This document shows, piece by piece, positions 1 through 4,217 of a DNA stretch of 4,909 nucleotides (within the stretch, counting starts at the first letter, position 1; each line of letters starts with the position of its first letter). The notes below the pieces were generated by a model. The model saw only the letters and a program-made list of their open reading frames with translations. It was not told where the DNA came from and made no database searches. Source of the stretch: a virus. Taxonomy: Duplodnaviria > Heunggongvirae > Uroviricota > Caudoviricetes. The position numbers and the translations under genes were made by a program. The stretch lies in IMG/VR virus record IMGVR_UViG_2703718815_000009; one strand, written 5' to 3'.

Positions 1-1230
1 ATGAGCAGAGCACTTAACAAACTGAGCGATACACAGCTGAGGAAAATCAACGGCACACCCGCCCAAAAAACAGCCTTTCTTAATGACGGTGGAAACCTGA
101 GCGTCAGGCATTCAACCAGCGGCCTTTTAACCTGGTATTTCACTTACAGGGCCGGAACGGGAAGGGGGGCACCACCGGAACGCATTAAGCTGGGAAATTA
201 TCCTGATCTGAGCCTGAAATCAGCCAGGGAAAAAGCCGCCCAGTGTCGCGCATGGCTGGCTGAGGGGAAAAATCCACGTCATGAGATGAATTACACCGTA
301 CAGGAAGCGTTAAAGCCGGTAACGGTTGGCGATGCGCTCACCTACTGGCTTGAGTCGTACGCAAAGGAAAACCGTGTGGATTATGACCCACTGAAAAAGC
401 GGCTAAATAATCACGTAATACAGCACATTGGCTCTATGCCGCTGGATAAATGCGAGCTACGGCACTGGCTGGCCTGTTTTGATCGGGTGGCAAAGCAAGC
501 CCCTGTTTCCGCCGGGTTCCTGCTACAGACATGCAAACAGGCGCTTAAGTTCTGCCGGAAGCGGCGCTATGCAATCAGCAACGTTCTTGATGATATGAGT
601 GTGGCTGACGTTGGGAAAAAACCGGATATAAGCGAACGTGTCTTAAGCAATAAAGAACTGGGCGAATTATTGCAGGCACTGGACAAAAAAATATTTTCCC
701 CTTACTACGTCGCACTAATCCGCCTCCTGATTGTTTTCGGATGCCGGACAGTAGAACTGAGGTTATCGGAGATCGGCGAGTGGGATTTTACCGAAATGCT
801 CTGGACTGTTCCGAAGGAGCACAGCAAAACGAAGGTAGCCATATTCCGGCCCATACCGGAAGCGATACTGCCGTTCGTCACGCAGCTGGTGGAGCAGAAC
901 AGGCACACGGGCTTATTGCTGGGGGAAGTGAAACAGGAAACCAGCGTATCGCAGTACGGCAGATTGGTGCACAGGAGGCTTAAACACCCTCACTGGTCAT
1001 TGCATGACATCCGGCGCACCTTTACAACGATGCTGAACGATTTAGGCGTGGATCCTCACGTCGTGGAGCAGCTTACAGGACACCAGATGCCAGGGATGCA
1101 ACGAGTCTATAATCACTCCCGTTATCTGGATGCGAAACGCAATGCGCTGGATATGTGGACGGAGCGGTTAGGGATACTGGCGGGAGCACATGAAAACGTA
1201 ACCACGCTACCAGTAGCCAGAAGAAAATAA
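1..1230 (+). CDS. int: Tyrosine recombinase / site-specific integrase, P4-type phage integrase family
   Basis: 409-aa ORF ending at TAA 1228-1230. The C-terminal region has the tyrosine-recombinase catalytic pattern: HDIRRT (His-x-x-Arg box), then GHQMPGMQRVYNHSRY about 30 aa later carrying the second His and candidate nucleophile Tyr. The N-terminus (LSDTQLRK...DGGNLSV...GLLTWYFTYRAG) fits the arm-binding domain pattern of P4-like integrases. The ATG sits on the first base of the window, so the true start could lie upstream. Confidence 0.9.
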   Translation: MSRALNKLSDTQLRKINGTPAQKTAFLNDGGNLSVRHSTSGLLTWYFTYRAGTGRGAPPERIKLGNYPDLSLKSAREKAAQCRAWLAEGKNPRHEMNYTVQEALKPVTVGDALTYWLESYAKENRVDYDPLKKRLNNHVIQHIGSMPLDKCELRHWLACFDRVAKQAPVSAGFLLQTCKQALKFCRKRRYAISNVLDDMSVADVGKKPDISERVLSNKELGELLQALDKKIFSPYYVALIRLLIVFGCRTVELRLSEIGEWDFTEMLWTVPKEHSKTKVAIFRPIPEAILPFVTQLVEQNRHTGLLLGEVKQETSVSQYGRLVHRRLKHPHWSLHDIRRTFTTMLNDLGVDPHVVEQLTGHQMPGMQRVYNHSRYLDAKRNALDMWTERLGILAGAHENVTTLPVARRK

Positions 1231-1247
1231 TTTTTTTCGTGTTTTTT

Positions 1248-1263
1248 CAGTATGCGCATACTG
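1248..1263. repeat. Perfect 16-bp palindrome CAGTATGCGCATACTG just 3' of the int stop
   Basis: Read directly: CAGTATGC is the reverse complement of GCATACTG. It is preceded by T7-CGTG-T6 and not followed by a U tract on either strand, so it is more likely a dimeric protein-binding site than a terminator. Confidence 0.85.
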
Positions 1264-1285
1264 GATAAGCACACAGATACAACGG

Positions 1286-1325
1286 CGAACAATGTGAAAC
1301 AACGTGGAACAACCACGAACAAGAG
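1286..1325 (+). repeat. Four tandem degenerate ~10-bp direct repeats (cgAACAAtgt / gaAACAAcgt / ggAACAAcca / cgAACAAgag), helically phased
   Basis: An AACAA core recurs at 1288, 1298, 1308 and 1318, an exact 10-bp period, in a T-poor, A/C-rich stretch. Phasing with the helical repeat suggests an iteron-like or protein-binding array; function unknown. Confidence 0.6.
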
Positions 1326-1416
1326 GCGAAAAAGCACACAGGTTTATAAGTGACTGATTTTATTTGTATGACTGGTTTTTTATACATTAGCGAATAACGC
1401 TTTAACGCGTGAGAAA

Positions 1417-1445
1417 AAAGGCATAAAACGAGATTTTATGCCTTT
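1417..1445. repeat. Inverted repeat / stem-loop with perfect 12-bp stem (AAAGGCATAAAA ... TTTTATGCCTTT) and 5-nt loop
   Basis: Read directly. On the + strand the stem is followed by GCATTAATATG, a weak U tract. On the - strand it is followed by TTTCTC. Candidate weak int terminator or regulatory hairpin in the int-alpA intergenic region. Confidence 0.4.
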
Positions 1446-1533
1446 GCATTAATATGAATTTAAATGATTTTATCCTGATTGTTCCTCTTTCTGTAAACCA
1501 TACGGACTCAACATTTGCCAACGCTGAATCATC

Positions 1534-1573
1534 CTGACACAATCAGACACAACCCAACCCAATAACCCACCCA
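1534..1573 (+). promoter_or_regulatory. A/C-rich 10-bp-phased direct repeats upstream of the alpA-like start, candidate regulator-binding region
   Basis: GACACAA occurs at 1536-1542 and 1546-1552, followed by AACCCAA / CCCAATAA / ACCCACCCAA. The strand is almost devoid of G and T, and the tract ends 33 bp upstream of the GTG start at 1606. A possible -35-like TTGCAT lies at 1444-1449, but I could not place a convincing -10. Confidence 0.4.
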
Positions 1574-1605
1574 ATGACTCTTTAAGAAACAACAAAGGGG
1601 GAATT

Positions 1606-1794
1606 GTGTTAAGCACAGATCGCTTTATACGTGAAAAAGAATGTCAGCAACTTACAGGCCTGAGCCGCTCATGTCGGTATCGCCTGGAGAAGACTGGACA
1701 ATTCCCATCACGGCGTAAACTCGGCGGTCGTTCCGTTGGCTGGTCTTTATCCGAAGTTCTGGCATGGAAGGACAGCCGCGAGGCAGTTCACTAA
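1606..1794 (+). CDS. alpA: AlpA-family phage regulatory protein (small winged-HTH activator/excisionase-like)
   Basis: 62-aa ORF with GTG start at 1606, preceded by an AAAGGGGG Shine-Dalgarno at 1594-1601. The translation LTGLSRSCRYRLEKTGQFPSRRKLGGRSVGWSLSEVLAW matches the AlpA-family pattern (TG-x-SR-x3-Y ... FP ... KLG-x-RSVGW ... SEV-x2-W). Its position directly after a P4-type integrase is typical. Confidence 0.85.
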   Translation: MLSTDRFIREKECQQLTGLSRSCRYRLEKTGQFPSRRKLGGRSVGWSLSEVLAWKDSREAVH

Positions 1795-2056
1795 TCAGGC
1801 TGGCGGCGCACCGCCGCCACCCATCCACTAACACAGAGATCTAACCATGAATACTGGATATACGCCCGAACAGGGGCGGGGCTTCGTTCGTCCTGGTGAA
1901 ACTAAAAAGCCATGTTATCGGGTATTTTCAGGCATAAAAAAAGCGGCCCCGATAAGGAACCGCCTTTCTGAACAATTAACCTGCTGCGAAAAAAATGGAT
2001 CAGTGCAGGGGAATTATATCAACCGTGTGGCGAAGCGCCACAATTGCCGGATAACA

Positions 2057-2088
2057 GGCAAAACAAAGGCGACCGCAAAAGGGTCGCC
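2057..2088 (-). terminator. Rho-independent terminator for the minus-strand transcription unit
   Basis: On the minus strand: GGCGACC (stem), CTTTTGC (7-nt loop), GGTCGCC (stem), followed by TTTGTTTTGCC. On the plus strand the same hairpin is followed by AGTGGGAAC with no U tract, so it is oriented to stop leftward transcription from the 2691 gene. Confidence 0.6.
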
Positions 2089-2154
2089 AGTGGGAACAAG
2101 GGAAAACAAAAGCATCACCAACAATGCCACATTTGCGGCTGGTGGGCAATGCAA

Positions 2155-2328
2155 TCAGTCTGGTTCAGTTCGTTGCCATACCTGCAATGAGCGCTTTTCC
2201 CTGTACTCTTTAAGGAATTGCTCAAGGGCAAAAGCACATGGCGCGAATCTTTCTGATTCATGCTCTATCTTTCTGCGTCGTCTTTTCCGTGTCGGTGATA
2301 ATGTTTTGGTCAATTCTTTATCGGTCAT
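2155..2328 (-). CDS. Hypothetical small arginine-rich protein (57 aa), doubtful; may instead be a 3' UTR
   Basis: ORF MTDKELTKTLSPTRKRRRRKIEHESERFAPCAFALEQFLKEYREKRSLQVWQRTEPD. ATG at 2328-2326 is preceded by AGGA with a 7-nt spacer. It lies 57 nt downstream of the regulator gene and about 70 nt upstream of the minus-strand terminator, so it is inside the predicted transcript. Against: it uses AGA/AGG/CGA Arg and ATA Ile codons that the neighbouring genes avoid, and no domain is recognisable. Confidence 0.3.
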   Translation of the reverse strand: MTDKELTKTLSPTRKRRRRKIEHESERFAPCAFALEQFLKEYREKRSLQVWQRTEPD

Positions 2329-2385
2329 TGTGTTGTCCTGCATAGCAATGCGCCGTAATACCTTACACCACGGCGCTGGTGATGG

Positions 2386-2691
2386 TTACTCCTGCTCTTT
2401 GGCCTTGCGACGCTGGAGTTCTTCACGCGCGACGGTGACGAGTTGCCCGATCTCCTCGGCAGCTTTAACTCCGATTTTTTCCACCTGCGCCAGCGCATCG
2501 AGCGAAGAAACCAGGGGGTTTTCTCCGCTTCCTTCTGCCTGGCGGCGGGCGATCTCACCGCGCATGGCGGTTACTATGAATCCGGCGTTGCTTTCGCCGT
2601 CCAGTTTTACGGATTCCATGCCTTCAAAAGCATCATGTGGGATACGAATTGAAATCTGTTTTGATTTGTCGTTGATAGTGTTTTTTGCCAT
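2386..2691 (-). CDS. Small putative DNA-binding regulator, possibly ribbon-helix-helix (Arc/MetJ-like) with a charged helical C-terminal tail
   Basis: 101-aa ORF starting at the ATG at 2691-2689, preceded by a strong AGGAGA Shine-Dalgarno with 6-nt spacer (the upstream in-frame ATGs lack an RBS). Codon usage is good. The N-terminus KQISIRIPHDAFEGMESVKLDGESNAGFIVTAMRGEI has the strand-helix-helix spacing of Arc-type repressors (compare Arc FNLRWPREVLDLVRKVAEENGRSVNSEIYQRVM), a fold-level inference only. The gene abuts an operator-like region with inverted repeats. Confidence 0.7.
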   Translation of the reverse strand: MAKNTINDKSKQISIRIPHDAFEGMESVKLDGESNAGFIVTAMRGEIARRQAEGSGENPLVSSLDALAQVEKIGVKAAEEIGQLVTVAREELQRRKAKEQE

Positions 2692-2713
2692 GTGCATTCT
2701 CCTAAACAAAAGA

Positions 2714-2789
2714 TGTGATTCAGTATACACAAAAAAGAATCACAAAAAATACTTGACCTGTGATTCAGTTGATTTTAATTTAAATCACA
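2714..2789. promoter_or_regulatory. Divergent promoter/operator region with two copies of TGTGATT-N17-AATCACA around a TTGACC -35 element
   Basis: TGTGATTCAGT occurs identically at 2714-2724 and 2759-2769. Inverted partners GAATCACA (2737-2744) and AATCACA (2783-2789) lie at the same offset, giving two ~31-bp sites 45 bp apart. Rightward promoter candidate: -35 TTGACC 2753-2758, 17-bp spacer, -10 TAATTT 2776-2781. Leftward -10 candidate: TATACT (reverse complement of 2722-2727). The second operator overlaps the rightward promoter spacer. Confidence 0.6.
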
Positions 2790-2814
2790 CCTCAGTAAGA
2801 GGATGTAAACGACA

Positions 2815-2848
2815 ACGCCCCGAACTGTTTGCGGCAGTAGCGGGGCGT
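2815..2848 (+). other. GC-rich stem-loop in the 5' leader of the rightward operon (ACGCCCCG ... CGGGGCGT, 8-bp stem, 18-nt loop)
   Basis: Read directly as a perfect 8-bp inverted repeat, with additional CTG/CAG pairing possible inside the loop. There is no downstream U tract, so it is not a terminator; it lies between the predicted promoter and the RBS at 2867-2870. Confidence 0.4.
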
Positions 2849-2878
2849 CTAACCAAACCGTTAAACGAGGTAACGATT

Positions 2879-3223
2879 ATGGCTGGAACACAGCATACCC
2901 AAACTCACCCTAAATTTATATACACCTTCCTGGCGGTGCACCGTGATTGCATAGCTGACGGTAAAAGCACTGTACACGTAGCCGCTGATACGCTGGTTGA
3001 TGCCTGCGAGATGCTCAATGACATGGGTTATATCTCGGCAACATGGAAAGGGCGCGAAGAAAACACGCTGTTTATTCAGAAATGCGAAAACAATTTTATC
3101 TGGCGTTTTATCGCCCTGAGCACGGCACAACCGCGCGTGATTACCATTGAGGCCACCAGCGAACAGGAAGCACGCCAGCGTGATGGTATTCGCCGCCCGT
3201 ATTCGTCAGGGGGTACGCCATGA
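2879..3223 (+). CDS. Hypothetical protein (114 aa), first gene of the rightward operon
   Basis: ATG at 2879 preceded by GAGG (2867-2870) with 8-nt spacer; stop TGA 3221-3223 overlaps the next start (ATGA). This is the only credible part of the 458-aa frame 1847-3223 in the ORF track. No domain recognised. Confidence 0.7.
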   Translation: MAGTQHTQTHPKFIYTFLAVHRDCIADGKSTVHVAADTLVDACEMLNDMGYISATWKGREENTLFIQKCENNFIWRFIALSTAQPRVITIEATSEQEARQRDGIRRPYSSGGTP

Positions 3224-3480
3224 GCAATAACACCCGTCCGGACGCAGTCGCCGAAGCAATCAAAACACTGATTGATGCGCTGATTGATATTTCTGTTATC
3301 GCAGACAAGGCGCATAAGCACGCCACCAGTGAAACAGAATATGCCGGGGCTTTCGTTCCTCACTCACTGGCTGTTATGCAACTTAGTGCTGATATGGCAC
3401 TGAATGAGGCTAAAGCCATCCTGATTGCTGATTGTGAAAATGGGGGGGGGGTATGCGTGATGATCGTTTTAATGCCCTGA
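3220..3480 (+). CDS. Hypothetical protein (86 aa); 3' end runs through the G10 tract
   Basis: ATG at 3220 overlaps the upstream stop (ATGA); GGGGG at 3208-3212 gives an RBS at 7-nt spacing. Alanine-rich and predicted helical. The last 13 codons (GGGVCVMIVLMP) lie after the homopolymer and look like out-of-frame read-through, so the true C-terminus is uncertain. Confidence 0.55.
   Translation: MSNNTRPDAVAEAIKTLIDALIDISVIADKAHKHATSETEYAGAFVPHSLAVMQLSADMALNEAKAILIADCENGGGVCVMIVLMP
3442..3451. repeat. G10 homopolymeric tract at the junction of two overlapping ORFs
   Basis: Ten consecutive G read directly at 3442-3451, encoding GGG of the upstream ORF and ending 1 nt before the ATG (3453) of the next. 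G11 would fuse the two ORFs in frame (...ENGGGGMRDDRF...); G9 would end the upstream ORF at GGGYA-stop. Confidence 0.95.
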
Positions 3481-3686
3481 AACAGGAATTTGATGGCGCA
3501 CCGGAAGATACAGATATTGCGCTGTTATGTGTTGCTGACATGGTAAAAGCTGCAAGTTTTTTACTGGAAACCGCCGAACATTCAGGAACGGGTAGCGATA
3601 TTCTCAATATTGCGTCGGACTATGCGGAATATGTGGCAGAGGCGCGTTACAGAAGAAAATTCCCGGAGAATGTAAGCCATGTGTGA
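3453..3686 (+). CDS. Hypothetical protein (77 aa); possibly the C-terminal half of a frameshift-split or slippage-controlled gene
   Basis: ATG at 3453 immediately after the G10 tract; the 5' G residues of the tract (3442-3445) could act as a Shine-Dalgarno at ~7-nt spacing. Stop TGA 3684-3686 overlaps the next start (ATGTGTGA). Acidic and alanine-rich, no domain recognised. Confidence 0.5.
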   Translation: MRDDRFNALKQEFDGAPEDTDIALLCVADMVKAASFLLETAEHSGTGSDILNIASDYAEYVAEARYRRKFPENVSHV

Positions 3687-3912
3687 TATTTACAATGACA
3701 CAGTAGACCGTGCATACCGTGCTCTTGCTTACAGTGAAAACATGCTTGAAATATTGCGCTTATGGCTTGAAACGCTTGGCGATAATGAAAGAGATAAACG
3801 CAACAGCAATATTGCGACGGCGTTAATAACGCTTCTTGAGCCGGTAATAATGGAACTACAAGAAATAGACCTTTTGCACGACAGATATAAAGAACAACAC
3901 ACCGGGAAATAA
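3679..3912 (+). CDS. Hypothetical protein (77 aa)
   Basis: ATG at 3679 with GGAGA (3665-3669) upstream at 9-nt spacing; overlaps the upstream stop by 8 nt. Predicted helical (MLEILRLWLETLG...), no domain recognised. Confidence 0.6.
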   Translation: MCDIYNDTVDRAYRALAYSENMLEILRLWLETLGDNERDKRNSNIATALITLLEPVIMELQEIDLLHDRYKEQHTGK

Positions 3913-3917
3913 AAACC

Positions 3918-4217
3918 ATGAAAAAGAAAATTTCTGGCTTTACTGCCAGCGGCCCCGTTCGGCCTGAAATCCGCCCCGGCGATATTTTCCGGGATAACTA
4001 TGGCGGCACGGTAACGATTAAAGGCATTGCCGGACGGTGCGTTACTTACCGCCGTGATGGGTACGGCTATGACTGCGTGATGCCTGTTTATCAGTTCCGG
4101 CGTGATTTTTCACTGATACAGGCCACGCCATGCAAACAGCCCACCAGCAACGCAAAGGCACGGGCAAATATTCAGAAAATGAAAAACATGATTAACGCAT
4201 TCAGGGGCACAAAATGA
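3918..4217 (+). CDS. Hypothetical protein (99 aa), basic
   Basis: ATG at 3918, 5 nt after the upstream TAA, with a weak GGGAA RBS; stop TGA 4215-4217 overlaps the start of the next gene (ATGA). No motif recognised. Confidence 0.6.
   Translation: MKKKISGFTASGPVRPEIRPGDIFRDNYGGTVTIKGIAGRCVTYRRDGYGYDCVMPVYQFRRDFSLIQATPCKQPTSNAKARANIQKMKNMINAFRGTK

Noticed and set aside
705-983. ORFs 705-908 (-) and 741-983 (+) inside the integrase gene
   Set aside because: They are fully nested in, or antisense to, the integrase coding frame, with no RBS and implausible translations. Shadow ORFs.
1122-1337. ORF 1122-1337 (-), 71 aa
   Set aside because: Antisense to the 3' end of int, extending into the A/T-rich intergenic region; no RBS. 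Shadow ORF.
1801-1817. GC-only hairpin GGCGGCG-CAC-CGCCGCC as the alpA intrinsic terminator
   Set aside because: No U tract follows on either strand (ACCCATCC on plus), so it does not meet intrinsic-terminator criteria. Kept only as a note inside the intergenic-gap finding.
1652-1834. ORF 1652-1834 (-), 60 aa
   Set aside because: Antisense to the alpA-like gene, which has a clear family signature and RBS. Shadow ORF.
2325-2652. ORFs 2325-2558 (-) and 2443-2652 (+) overlapping the regulator gene
   Set aside because: Alternative frames of the 2386-2691 gene region. The 2386-2691 frame has the strong AGGAGA RBS and sensible composition; these do not.
2714-2789. Reading the TGTGA...TCACA repeats as CRP sites
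   Set aside because: The CRP consensus has TGTGA and TCACA separated by 6 bp; here the half-sites are 17 bp apart and duplicated with a 45-bp period. A dedicated island regulator is the more economical explanation.
1847-2878. 5' portion of the 458-aa plus-strand ORF (1847-3223) in the ORF track
   Set aside because: Only the last 114 codons (from the ATG at 2879, which has an RBS) form a plausible gene. The upstream part has no RBS at 1847, a Cys/Ser/Arg-rich low-complexity translation, and is antisense to the well-supported minus-strand gene 2386-2691 and to the minus-strand terminator. The frame is open there probably by chance or as an antisense shadow.
2861-3607. Minus-strand ORFs 2861-3130, 3076-3363, 3141-3326 and 3410-3607
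   Set aside because: All are antisense to the tightly coupled plus-strand operon, lack RBSs, and have Cys/Arg-rich or low-complexity translations. Shadow ORFs.
3647-3919. ORF 3647-3919 (-), 90 aa
   Set aside because: Antisense to the plus-strand gene 3679-3912, whose start is coupled to its upstream neighbour. The translation is Cys/Phe-rich and atypical.
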